The notes beneath the pieces were generated by a model, which was given only the letters and a program-made list of their open reading frames with translations, did not search any database and was not told the DNA's origin. A program made the translations under genes and the position numbers. Shown in pieces: positions 1 through 9,428 of a DNA stretch of 64,000 nucleotides (within the stretch, counting starts at the first letter, position 1; each line of letters starts with the position of its first letter). This DNA is from an uncultured Veillonella sp. (lineage in GTDB: Bacteria > Bacillota > Negativicutes > Veillonellales > Veillonellaceae): NCBI GenBank assembly GCA_900550455.1, contig URSE01000001.1:1001-65000 (forward strand), read 5' to 3'.

Positions 1-360
1 GATATTAAAGATATTATGGATAAGGTGGTTATGTACCATGCAGGGAACCCATCTCCTGGTGCCATTCGTATGGCAGAAATCGTTGCTAAGTGCGGTAAGC
101 ATGTAGCTAAATCCATTTCCTATATGGGATCTTTGAAGAAAAATCATGTTAAGGTAGAAGCTCGTGGTAATGAAGTCCTTCGCTTAGAAGAAGAAGCGGA
201 TGATATTTATCACGAAGAAATGGCAGCACTTTTTGCTGATTGTAAGGATGCGATTGAACTTATTAAGTGGAAAGAAATACTTAATGCTATGGAAGATGTT
301 ATCGATGGCTGTGAACGCCTTGTAGGAACCTTCCGTCGGGTGGTATTAAAGTATGCTTGA
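1..360 (+). CDS. DUF47 / PhoU-like phosphate transport regulator, 5' truncated by window edge
   Basis: Frame is open from base 1. C-terminal LEEEADD..Y and IELIKWKEI..MEDVIDGCE motifs are typical of DUF47. Overlaps the start of the PiT gene. Confidence 0.85.
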   Translation, partial: DIKDIMDKVVMYHAGNPSPGAIRMAEIVAKCGKHVAKSISYMGSLKKNHVKVEARGNEVLRLEEEADDIYHEEMAALFADCKDAIELIKWKEILNAMEDVIDGCERLVGTFRRVVLKYA

Positions 361-1348
361 TGCCCATTATTTAGTGTGGGCTGTAGTCTTCTGCGCATTG
401 TTATTTGACTACATCAACGGCTTCCACGATACGGCTAATGCGATTGCTACCTCTGTTTCTACCCGGGCTATTTCTCCTAAGAAGGCTATTTTGATGACGG
501 CAGTCCTTAACTTCTTAGGTGCCTTGGTATCCACAGGGGTTGCTAAGACAATCGGTGGTGATATCGTTTTATCCCCTGATTTGATCGATTCTTCCATTAT
601 GTGTGCTGCTTTACTGGGTGCCATTATATGGAATTTATTAACTTGGATGTGGGGTATTCCGTCTTCCTCCTCACATGCCTTAATCGGCGGTGTTATTGGG
701 GCTGTTGGCGTATCTGCTGGCTTTGGCGCCCTTAATGAGCAAGGGATTTTGAAAATCTTCTTATCTCTTATTCTTTCTCCTGTAGTAGCCATGGTTGGCG
801 GCTATATTATCATGAAAGTATTGCTCTTTATCTTTGGTCGCTTTTCTCCTATTGCCCTCAATGACCGCTTTCGGAATATGCAGGTTTTATCTGCTATTCT
901 TATGGCTTTTTCGCATGGCTCTAACGATGCTCAAAAGGCTATGGGGATTATTACATTGACCCTCTTATCAGGAGGCTATATTTCCACCATGGATGTACCG
1001 ACCTGGGTTAAATTGGCCTGTGCCACTTCTATGGCCTGTGGTACAGCCGTAGGTGGGTGGAAGATTATCTCCACCATGGGGACTAAGATTTTTAAGATGG
1101 AAACCATTAATGGTTTTGCTGCGGATTTGAATTCTGCCTTGACCATTTTTACCGCTACCTTCCTCCACTTGCCAGTTTCTACAACTCATGTTGTATCTGG
1201 TTCTATCATGGGGGTTGGATCTTCTAAACGAATTAAAGCCGTTAATTGGGGGGTTGCACGGTCCATGGTTATGGCTTGGTGTGTGACTATACCGCTTTCA
1301 GCCATCATGTCGGCCCTTATTTATGAAATTGGCCATTTCCTCTTCTAG
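353..1348 (+). CDS. pit: Inorganic phosphate transporter, PiT family
   Basis: Signature motifs NGFHDTANAIAT and HGSNDAQKAMG, plus PSSSSHA and PVSTTH. Confidence 0.93.
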   Translation: MLDAHYLVWAVVFCALLFDYINGFHDTANAIATSVSTRAISPKKAILMTAVLNFLGALVSTGVAKTIGGDIVLSPDLIDSSIMCAALLGAIIWNLLTWMWGIPSSSSHALIGGVIGAVGVSAGFGALNEQGILKIFLSLILSPVVAMVGGYIIMKVLLFIFGRFSPIALNDRFRNMQVLSAILMAFSHGSNDAQKAMGIITLTLLSGGYISTMDVPTWVKLACATSMACGTAVGGWKIISTMGTKIFKMETINGFAADLNSALTIFTATFLHLPVSTTHVVSGSIMGVGSSKRIKAVNWGVARSMVMAWCVTIPLSAIMSALIYEIGHFLF

Positions 1349-1370
1349 GAAGGAAATAGCGATTAGAGTG

Positions 1371-1404
1371 AAACAGTCTTCGCTTTCTGCGAAGGCTGTT
1401 TTTT
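1371..1404 (+). terminator. Intrinsic terminator after pit
   Basis: AAACAGTCTTCGC-TTTCT-GCGAAGGCTGTTT followed by a T run. Confidence 0.85.
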
Positions 1405-1453
1405 GTTGATTTTTTAAATGTCCACTATTTTTGGATAAATTTAATGTTTACTA

Positions 1454-1482
1454 TTGCGGTATATTTTCATTTGTACTATACT
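1454..1482 (+). promoter_or_regulatory. sigma70/SigA-type promoter of rrf2-cydAB, overlapped by repeated boxes
   Basis: TTGCGG (1454-1459), 17 bp spacer, TATACT (1477-1482). ATGTTTACTA at 1444-1453 with its exact inverse at 1488-1497. Confidence 0.65.
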
Positions 1483-1526
1483 CTTTGTAGTAAACATAAA
1501 GGCCTTATGAACTACTGGAGGAACTC

Positions 1527-1982
1527 ATGAAGTTGAATCAAGCAACGGACTATGCTTTCCGTATGGTTTTGCACATGTCCATGATGCCTGAAGGCTTCAA
1601 GATTACCGGTTCTGAATTAGCAGGCGCAGAAATGATTCCTGAGCGTTTTTTGCTTAAGATTATGCGCATGTTGATTCAAGCGGAAATCATGCAGTCATTT
1701 AGGGGTGTTGAAGGGGGCTTTGCCCTCAAAAAAAATCCTAAGGATATTAATTTGCTCGATGTGATTCGGGCTGTAGAAGGCGAAGCTTATTTGCAACGCT
1801 GCCTCTACGATCCAGAATCCTGTAATAAGTCTTGTATGGGGCACTGCGCTGTTAATGAAGCTATGGCTACTATTCAAGATGAGCTGGCTAGCCACCTGAG
1901 AGAGGTTAACTTTGCTGATTTGGCTGAGCGAGAAAAGGAAATCCAAGGGATTACCTCACTTTGCGCTTGTGGTAATTTCTAA
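1527..1982 (+). CDS. Rrf2 family transcriptional regulator (Cys-rich, probably Fe-S binding)
   Basis: MKLNQATDYAFR start, SFRGVEGGF wing, INLLDVIRAVEG, and Cys cluster CLYDPESCNKSCMGHC. GGAGG RBS. Confidence 0.92.
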   Translation: MKLNQATDYAFRMVLHMSMMPEGFKITGSELAGAEMIPERFLLKIMRMLIQAEIMQSFRGVEGGFALKKNPKDINLLDVIRAVEGEAYLQRCLYDPESCNKSCMGHCAVNEAMATIQDELASHLREVNFADLAEREKEIQGITSLCACGNF

Positions 1983-2043
1983 GTAGCTTATATGTTTTGA
2001 TTTTATTCGTTGTTGCACGTAAGTGCGTGAAGGAGGATGCAGC

Positions 2044-3429
2044 ATGTTAGATGCAGTATTTCTTGCTCGATGGCAATTTGCTTTGACATCGATTTATCAC
2101 TGGCTCTTCGTACCACTAACCTTAGGTATGACAGTGTCCATTGCTGTGATGGAATGGTTCTTTGTTTCCACCGGCAAAGAAATTTATCAAAAGATGGCTA
2201 AGTTTTGGGGTGGTCTTTTCCTCATCAACTTTGCCATGGGGGTTGTTACTGGTATCGTACAAGAATTTCACTTCGGTATGAACTGGTCTGAATACTCTCG
2301 CTTTATGGGTGATATTTTCGGCGCTCCACTAGCTTTGGAAGCCCTGACAGCCTTTTTCCTAGAATCTACCTTTATGGGGGTTTGGATCTTCGGTTGGGGT
2401 AAGCTATCGGCTAGGGCCCATGCCATTGTTGCAAGCTTGGTTGCCTTGGGGACCAATATCTCTGCTTTCTGGATTTTGACAGCCAACTCCTTTATGCAAC
2501 ATCCGGTAGGCTACGCTATTCGCAATGGCCGTGCAGAAATGGAATCCTTTGCAACTATCCTTCAAAATGGTTACTTGCCAGGTCAATTTTTCCATATTAC
2601 CTTGAATGGTGTATTTACTGCAGGCGTTGTTATTTTCGCTGTATCCGCTTTTAAATTACTCAAGGATAAGGAATCTGAGTTTTACAAACGGTCCATTAAA
2701 TGGGGGCTCACCATTGCCCTTATCGGTGGCATCTTGGGTGCTGGTGCTGGTCACTTCCAAGGGCAGTATATCGCTAAGGTACAACCTATGAAAATGGCTT
2801 CCATCGAAGCCCTTTGGGAAACTGAAAATCCAGCTCCATTCTCCTTCGTTGCTAATATTGATGAAGCTAACCAAAAGAATACATCAGCTATTTCTGTTCC
2901 TGGCGGCTTGTCCTTCCTCGTTCATGACTCCTTCCAAGGTGAAGTTAAGGGGATTAAGAACTTACAAACAGAAGCTGTTGCTCAGTATGGCCAAGGGGAC
3001 TACATCCCGGCAGTTACACCAATCTTCTGGTCTTTCCGCGTGATGGTTCTCTCTGGTTCTATTATGCTTCTCGTTGCCTTGATTGGCCTTTGGAAGGTTC
3101 GTAAAGGAACCATTGCTAATGGTCGTGGCTTCTTGAAACTTATGCTATGGATGCTTCCATTGCCTTATCTTGCTAACTCTACCGGTTGGTTCGTAGCAGA
3201 AGCTGGCCGTCAACCTTGGTTGGTATACGGATTGCAATCCACTGCTGATGGCGTATCTAAGGCTGTAGCACCAGGTGAAATCTGGACCACTATCATCGGT
3301 TTTACAATCATTTATATTATAGCCGCTATTGCTGCCCTTTACTTGGCCGTTCAGCATATTAAAAAAGGCCCAGAAGGCCTTCATGCGGTAGATGTAAAAG
3401 AAAAAGAGGAGGCTAGATTATGGAACTAA
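2044..3429 (+). CDS. cydA: Cytochrome bd ubiquinol oxidase subunit I
   Basis: LARWQFA..YHWLFVPLT, QEFHFGMNW, QPMKMASIE and EAGRQPW motifs. The ATG at 2044 follows AGGAGGA. Confidence 0.96.
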   Translation: MLDAVFLARWQFALTSIYHWLFVPLTLGMTVSIAVMEWFFVSTGKEIYQKMAKFWGGLFLINFAMGVVTGIVQEFHFGMNWSEYSRFMGDIFGAPLALEALTAFFLESTFMGVWIFGWGKLSARAHAIVASLVALGTNISAFWILTANSFMQHPVGYAIRNGRAEMESFATILQNGYLPGQFFHITLNGVFTAGVVIFAVSAFKLLKDKESEFYKRSIKWGLTIALIGGILGAGAGHFQGQYIAKVQPMKMASIEALWETENPAPFSFVANIDEANQKNTSAISVPGGLSFLVHDSFQGEVKGIKNLQTEAVAQYGQGDYIPAVTPIFWSFRVMVLSGSIMLLVALIGLWKVRKGTIANGRGFLKLMLWMLPLPYLANSTGWFVAEAGRQPWLVYGLQSTADGVSKAVAPGEIWTTIIGFTIIYIIAAIAALYLAVQHIKKGPEGLHAVDVKEKEEARLWN

Positions 3430-4439
3430 TTACTAATAACCTCAATGTAGTCTGGTTCATTCTCGTATTCGTTTTGTTCGCAGGCTTCTTCCTCCTGGAA
3501 GGTTTTGATTATGGTACAGGTATCCTCTTGCCATTTACAGGTAAATCCGATATTCAACGCCGCCAAATGATTAATGCTTTGGGGCCCGTATGGGACTCTA
3601 ACCAAGTGTGGATGATTACAGCTGGTGGCGCTATGTTTGCCTCTTTCCCACATGTTTATGCGACTCTTTTCTCTGGCTTCTACTTGGCTCTCTTTTTGAT
3701 GCTAGCCGCTTTAATCGCTCGTGGTGTAGCCTTTGAATTCCGTTCTAAGTCTGCTAATCCAGCTTGGCGTAAAGCCTTTGATTACTGCATTTTCTTTGGT
3801 TCCTTAATCCCAGCTCTCTTATGGGGTGTAACTGTAGGGAACTTGATTCAAGGTACTCCAATTGATGCAACTATGACTTATGTGGGTTCCTTCTGGGATC
3901 TCTTGAGCCCTTATACAATTCTGTGTGGGATTGCTTTCATTTTAGTATTTACCTACCATGGCGGCCTCTTCACAGCGATTAAGACCGCTGGTGAAGTAGC
4001 AGAACAAGCTCGTGCCGCGTCTCTTGTGGTGGGCGTTTTCACAGCTATTGGTGCTATTTTGTTGGCAGTAGCTACAGCTATTTTTACAGATATGTTCCAT
4101 TCTACATTGGCTATCGTCTTTTATGTGGTAGCTGTTGTATTCTTCCTCATTTCTTGGTTTGCAGCGCGTACACGGAACACGAAAACAGGCTTTCTTTTCA
4201 GTAGTTTAACTGTTATCATGATTACAGCAGCATACTTTGCAGGTTTGTTCCCTAGAATTATGGTTTCTAGCCTCAACCCTGCTTGGAGCTTAACCATTGA
4301 TAACGCATCTTCTTCTCCATATACCTTAGCTTTGATGACTGTAGTAGCACTAGTCTTTGTGCCAATCGTATTGATTTACAAGATTTGGACTTACTACACA
4401 TTCCGCAACCGTGTATCTGAACAGGATTTGCACTACTAA
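3420..4439 (+). CDS. cydB: Cytochrome bd ubiquinol oxidase subunit II
   Basis: LEGFDYGTG and GPVWDSNQVWMITAGGAMFASFP motifs. Overlaps the cydA stop. Confidence 0.96.
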   Translation: MELITNNLNVVWFILVFVLFAGFFLLEGFDYGTGILLPFTGKSDIQRRQMINALGPVWDSNQVWMITAGGAMFASFPHVYATLFSGFYLALFLMLAALIARGVAFEFRSKSANPAWRKAFDYCIFFGSLIPALLWGVTVGNLIQGTPIDATMTYVGSFWDLLSPYTILCGIAFILVFTYHGGLFTAIKTAGEVAEQARAASLVVGVFTAIGAILLAVATAIFTDMFHSTLAIVFYVVAVVFFLISWFAARTRNTKTGFLFSSLTVIMITAAYFAGLFPRIMVSSLNPAWSLTIDNASSSPYTLALMTVVALVFVPIVLIYKIWTYYTFRNRVSEQDLHY

Positions 4440-4448
4440 TGTGTAGCG

Positions 4449-4481
4449 ATAAGGCATGCTTCTTGCATGCCTTATTTTTTT
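4449..4481 (+). terminator. Intrinsic terminator between cydB and cydDC
   Basis: ATAAGGCATGC-TTCTT-GCATGCCTTAT followed by a T run. Confidence 0.8.
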
Positions 4482-4492
4482 GATTAGAAAGA

Positions 4493-7400
4493 GTGACTAT
4501 GATTAATCCAATCGCTTTTCAGGAGATAAAAAAGCATAAGAAAATATTGTCGTCTATGCTGGTAACTAGTATCCTTAACGCCTTGTCAGTTGTGAGCCAA
4601 GCTTGGTTTTTTGCTACCCTTATTACAGACCTCTTCTTAAAAGATGCAAAAATAGGGGATGAGATAGATGTTTTGATCCCTTTAGCGGTGGCTATTATCA
4701 TCCGTTTGCTAACCTCCTATGGCCAAGAGGCGGCTGCCATATCCTTAGCTCATGCCGGCAAAGTGGCCTTGCGCAAGCGTTTGATTAAGCACCTTAAGGT
4801 AGGAGGCTTACAACAGCCGGAATCCCATGGGGATATGATTCATCTCATGACGGATGGGTTGGATCAAATTGAAGCCTATATCTCGCGTTATATACCCCAG
4901 ATGCTTTATACGATTCTGGTTCCTTTAGTTATGGGGATTGCCATTGTGGATACAGTGCCTTGGTTAGGCCTGATTCTCATTGTTACAGTTCCTATGATTC
5001 CTTTCTTTATGATCCTCATCGGTAAACGGGCAGAGGCTATGAACAAGGAACAGTGGGAACGGATGTCACTCTTGTCAGGGCACTTCTTGGATATGTTACA
5101 GGGGCTAACAACGCTTAAGGTCTTTGGGCGTGCTAAAGAACAAATCCAAGTTATCGCTCGTATGTCCGGTGAATTCCGAGATTCCACTTTGAAAGTCTTA
5201 CGAGTTGCTTTTTTGTCGGCCTTTGTATTGGAATTAATCTCTACAGTTTCCACGGCCCTTATTTCCGTTTATATGGGCTTAGATCTTTTGGCGGGCCAAG
5301 TCGACTTTTTATCGGCTTTCTTTGTACTCCTCTTAGCACCAGAATTTTACACACCTTTCCGCCAACTGGGGTCTGCCTTCCATACAGGAATGTCTGGTAA
5401 GACGGCTTTAGAAGCTATTGGAGCGTATTTAAATAATAAACAATGCCTTCCTAAAGGAGGGGATTTGGTTTTTGCGCAAGATATACAACACATAGAAGTA
5501 AAGAACTTGTCTTTTACCTATCCTAAAGGGCAACACCCAGCCTTGGAAGATATTTCTATAAGTTTGGAACGCGGTAAGCCCACTATGTTCGTTGGAGAGT
5601 CAGGGGCAGGTAAATCTACTTTGGCTCATCTTTTAACAGGCTTTTTGCAGGCTCCCAAGGGGACTGTTTTTGTCAATGGACAAGATTTAGACCAGATCTC
5701 TATGGACTGGTGGCGAGATCAGATTATATACGTTTCTCAAAAGCCTCACCTATTTAAAGGTTCCTTGCGGGATAATCTAACCTGGGGACAGGATATGCCA
5801 GATGAGGATATAATAGCTGCTCTTAAGACTGCTGAAGCTTACGACTTTGTTATGGCTAAGACAGATGGCTTAGATTGCCATGTGGGGGCTGGAGGCCTTG
5901 GCTTGTCAGGTGGTGAGCAACAACGTATTGCATTGGCTCGTGCCTTCTTGAGAAAAGGACAAATCCTAGTCCTCGATGAAGTGACAGCTCATTTAGATTT
6001 AGCTACAGAAGAGTCGGTAGGCCGTGCCCTTAAACGGCTCATGCAGGATAAGCTGGTTTTAATCATAGGTCATCGTTTACAGACTATGGCTTGGGCTCAT
6101 AAGTTAGTAGTATTCCGCGATGGTCGTATGGATGACCAAGGATCTTATGAAGATTTACTCGCAAAGAATGGTTACTTTGCGTCTCTTATTAAAGCAGGTG
6201 CGGGTGTCTTAGAAGATTCCATCCAAGCTGATAATGCTATTCCAGCAGCTCAAGTGCAGAAAATATCCTCTGTATCACATCCTACCAAAAGTAAGACAAA
6301 AGTAGATTGGGAGGGGGCTGATACCCCTTGGGGCCTTCTATTTAAGGTTCTTAGTAGAGCCCGGATAGCCTTAGTTTTGGCCCTCATCTTCTCCTTCCTT
6401 ACTGTCTTTATGAACCTAGGCCTCCTAGGCCTTTCGGCTTGGCTCGTGGCGACTGCTGCCTTGCATCCGCCATTGGTCGCCTTATCCTTAGCCATTACAG
6501 GGGTTCGTTTCTTCGGGATTGCCCGCGCTGTATGCCGTTACTTTGAACGCCTGTTTTCCCACCGTATGGCCTTCCAAGGTCTCTATGGCTTACGGGTTTG
6601 GTTTTATGAAAAATTGGAGCCCATCAGTTTGCAAGTGTTTAAGTCACTAGGTGCAGGGGATCTGTTGGGGCGCATTATGGCGGATATAGAAACCTTACAA
6701 TTTTTCTACTTGCGAGTTCTGATTCCTCCTACAGCAGCCCTCATTTTGAGTCTCTTAGTAGGCCTCTATTTGGGCCAGTTCTCTCTTTGGCTTTGGTTGG
6801 TGGTAGGCTTTTCCTTTATTATGACCGTCTTGGTAATTCCTGTAAGCTTGGTAAGGTCTACCCATAAGACCTCTCAATGGATTTCTAAGCAACAAGGGCT
6901 AGCTAAGGTAGATTTGGCGGAAACCCTTAATGGTATGGAGGATATCATTGCTTACCAACAAATGGATTCCGTTTTTAATCGCCTTGAGAAACGCTTTACC
7001 GATATCGATTATAAGAAGTCTAATATCGCAGATGCTACTAATGGGTCTACGATGATCTTCTTAGTAACTGTACAGGTGGCTGTAGTAGCGGCAGCTCTTA
7101 TTGCAGGAACATCTATTTCTGGCCTTGAAGCGGGGGTTTATGTGGCTGTTATTGCCATCGTGACCCAAGCTTGGTTTGAGGTCCTTCAGCCCATGACTGT
7201 GGCTGTTCACCATGGCTATGAAAGTGCCTTGGCTGTGCGTCGATTGGGGGCTATCGATAAGGCTCCGAAAGCTTTGACAGAACCAGCTCAACCTGCCCAA
7301 GTCCCAAAGGCCTATGATATTGTCTTTGATGACCTTAATTTCTCCTATGAAGATAAGAAGATTTATGCTCATTTTGATCTGACCATTCCAGAGGGGCAGC

Positions 7401-8035
7401 ATCTGGCCATTGTAGGTGGTTCTGGTGCAGGCAAATCCACCCTTTTTAATGCGTTGACACGTTTGTATGACTACCAAGGATCCATTAAGGTGGGTGGGGT
7501 TGAACTTAAATCCCTCCTGTCGGATGAAGGGCGGAGTTTGTTCGGTGTTGTTACCCAGGATACTTATATTTTCCATGCTAGCTTGGAAGAGAATATTCGC
7601 TTGGCTAACCCTCATGCTAGACAGGACCAATTGGAGAAGGCCTTACAGTTTGCTTCTCTACAAGGGCTTATCAGTCGCCTGCCGCAGGGATTAGCAACCA
7701 TTGTGGGATCCGGTGGACAGGGCCTATCCGGTGGGGAACGACAACGGGTAGCTTTGGCTCGACTCTACCTCCGGCAAAGTCCAATCCTCCTCTTGGATGA
7801 ACCTTTAGAAGGGCTTGATCAAGTCACAAAAGGAGCTATTCAAGAAGACCTTATGGCCTTTATGGAAGGACGGACCAGTTTATATATTACCCACCAATTG
7901 GAGGGTATTGAAAAGATGGACCGTATTCTCTTCATGGAGGATGGGCATATTGTAGAAGATGGAACCTTTGAACAGTTGATTGAGAAGAAGGGACGTTTCT
8001 ATCAATACTGTATTTTATCTATGGCTCGTGTATAG
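4493..8035 (+). CDS. cydDC: Fused CydD-CydC ABC transporter (TMD-NBD-TMD-NBD); start may be the ATG at 4499
   Basis: CydD half has LLAPEFYTPFRQLGSAFH and Walker A GESGAGKST. CydC half has VRFFGIARAVCRYFERLFSH and GGSGAGKST. Two LSGGE signatures. Directly follows cydAB. Confidence 0.92.
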   Translation: MTMINPIAFQEIKKHKKILSSMLVTSILNALSVVSQAWFFATLITDLFLKDAKIGDEIDVLIPLAVAIIIRLLTSYGQEAAAISLAHAGKVALRKRLIKHLKVGGLQQPESHGDMIHLMTDGLDQIEAYISRYIPQMLYTILVPLVMGIAIVDTVPWLGLILIVTVPMIPFFMILIGKRAEAMNKEQWERMSLLSGHFLDMLQGLTTLKVFGRAKEQIQVIARMSGEFRDSTLKVLRVAFLSAFVLELISTVSTALISVYMGLDLLAGQVDFLSAFFVLLLAPEFYTPFRQLGSAFHTGMSGKTALEAIGAYLNNKQCLPKGGDLVFAQDIQHIEVKNLSFTYPKGQHPALEDISISLERGKPTMFVGESGAGKSTLAHLLTGFLQAPKGTVFVNGQDLDQISMDWWRDQIIYVSQKPHLFKGSLRDNLTWGQDMPDEDIIAALKTAEAYDFVMAKTDGLDCHVGAGGLGLSGGEQQRIALARAFLRKGQILVLDEVTAHLDLATEESVGRALKRLMQDKLVLIIGHRLQTMAWAHKLVVFRDGRMDDQGSYEDLLAKNGYFASLIKAGAGVLEDSIQADNAIPAAQVQKISSVSHPTKSKTKVDWEGADTPWGLLFKVLSRARIALVLALIFSFLTVFMNLGLLGLSAWLVATAALHPPLVALSLAITGVRFFGIARAVCRYFERLFSHRMAFQGLYGLRVWFYEKLEPISLQVFKSLGAGDLLGRIMADIETLQFFYLRVLIPPTAALILSLLVGLYLGQFSLWLWLVVGFSFIMTVLVIPVSLVRSTHKTSQWISKQQGLAKVDLAETLNGMEDIIAYQQMDSVFNRLEKRFTDIDYKKSNIADATNGSTMIFLVTVQVAVVAAALIAGTSISGLEAGVYVAVIAIVTQAWFEVLQPMTVAVHHGYESALAVRRLGAIDKAPKALTEPAQPAQVPKAYDIVFDDLNFSYEDKKIYAHFDLTIPEGQHLAIVGGSGAGKSTLFNALTRLYDYQGSIKVGGVELKSLLSDEGRSLFGVVTQDTYIFHASLEENIRLANPHARQDQLEKALQFASLQGLISRLPQGLATIVGSGGQGLSGGERQRVALARLYLRQSPILLLDEPLEGLDQVTKGAIQEDLMAFMEGRTSLYITHQLEGIEKMDRILFMEDGHIVEDGTFEQLIEKKGRFYQYCILSMARV

Positions 8036-8036
8036 G

Positions 8037-8068
8037 AAAATCTCCCCTCTTAGAGGGGAGATTTTTTT
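8037..8068 (+). terminator. Intrinsic terminator after cydDC
   Basis: AAAATCTCCCCTCT-T-AGAGGGGAGATTTT followed by more Ts. Confidence 0.88.
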
Positions 8069-8161
8069 ATAAGAGATGGCTAGATTGATACCTATGAGAG
8101 GGGATACGATTAGAATGTGGTATAATTAATTCATTATTGATGAATGAATGAGGAGGGGCTT

Positions 8162-9328
8162 ATGAATCCGTTTTTGGCTAAGGTCTTGTCCTTTGCGCAA
8201 GAAGTGCGCACAAAGGACAAAGACATCAGTCTTGATCTTAAAACCCCACTCCCTATAAATACTGATCGAGAACTTTATAAACATCAGGTTTTGGCTATAG
8301 AGGAAGATTTTATCAACCGTCTCTTACGGGCCCATTTTCATAACCACTGGGCTGTCTATTCAGCCACGGTTGAGTTCGAGCCTAATAATCAAGTTATGTT
8401 GACACTGATTACAGCTTGGGGGAATGTGGTCAATTTGAATTTCACAATTGAAGATTTATGGTTTGATGACTATACCACATCGTTCCGTATCCAATTAGAC
8501 ACATCTAATGTGGATACAGGCGGTTTTATTCTTAATACCATCATCCATGCTATGGGTAATTGGCTTATGAGTCTCTTTGGGATTTTCTTCAATCCAGTAG
8601 ATTTTGGTAAGACTATAGGATCTTGTCGTTTTGAGAAGAATGGTAGTATTCAATTCGATCTTGTGCCGGATTCGCCTGTTCGAAAGATCCTTCCTCTGCC
8701 TAAGCGAGAGCTTAATAGCCAGGGGCCTGTTATAGTGGGGAATCCGCGGACGGGTCAGTCTGTCTTGTCAGTGGATTCCTACTCCTTCCATGAGCCTATA
8801 GAGCGTTTTAGCTTGCCAGATATTCCCACTAAGACCAGCTGGCTTAGGACCATTGATGTAGCGGCCGTTCTTTTATTACCTATTGGTGTGTGGGTAACCT
8901 TTATTATCCTTCACCATTATTTGCCGGCTGAAACTATACACTTTTCCTTCTCCACCTATTTCTTAATTTCCTTGGGGATTTTTGTTATTTCCTTCTTGGT
9001 TATGAATATTCCTCGTTACATTTATATGTATGTCGACTCCCGTAAGAAGTGGAGATCTACTTTTATCCATTCGAATATCAAGATTCAAATGCGTAAGTTA
9101 CAAAGGCGTATCTTTACCCAACAATCTTGTCTTAAAGAGGGGAGCCAGGCAGATAACTTAGAAAGTCAGGAAAAGATTAGAGACCTTCTTTTGCAAATTC
9201 GGGATAAGCGCTTTCTCGCTCAACAGTTAAAATTGGCGGATGATGATCGAGATAGGAAGCAAAAAGTTAAGTTTATTATTGCTTATATAGGCTGTACATT
9301 GTTAGAAATGCTTCTCTTAATGCATTAG
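8162..9328 (+). CDS. Hypothetical membrane protein (soluble N-terminal domain, two TM helices, charged helical region, C-terminal TM)
   Basis: Long ORF. The ATG at 8162 follows GAGGAGG. TG-G-TATAAT at 8118-8126. No family recognised. Confidence 0.75.
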   Translation: MNPFLAKVLSFAQEVRTKDKDISLDLKTPLPINTDRELYKHQVLAIEEDFINRLLRAHFHNHWAVYSATVEFEPNNQVMLTLITAWGNVVNLNFTIEDLWFDDYTTSFRIQLDTSNVDTGGFILNTIIHAMGNWLMSLFGIFFNPVDFGKTIGSCRFEKNGSIQFDLVPDSPVRKILPLPKRELNSQGPVIVGNPRTGQSVLSVDSYSFHEPIERFSLPDIPTKTSWLRTIDVAAVLLLPIGVWVTFIILHHYLPAETIHFSFSTYFLISLGIFVISFLVMNIPRYIYMYVDSRKKWRSTFIHSNIKIQMRKLQRRIFTQQSCLKEGSQADNLESQEKIRDLLLQIRDKRFLAQQLKLADDDRDRKQKVKFIIAYIGCTLLEMLLLMH

Positions 9329-9375
9329 TCGAGGACTGAGTCAAACTAAGGTTAATAAGTCTTTTATGTGCCTAC

Positions 9376-9421
9376 AAAGAAACAGCGGATAGTTGATTAA
9401 TCAACTATCCGCTGTTTCTTT
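9376..9421. terminator. Perfect 46-bp palindrome, probable bidirectional terminator between convergent genes
   Basis: AAAGAAACAGCGGATAGTTGATT is immediately followed by its exact reverse complement. Confidence 0.85.
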
Positions 9422-9428
9422 ATAGTAA

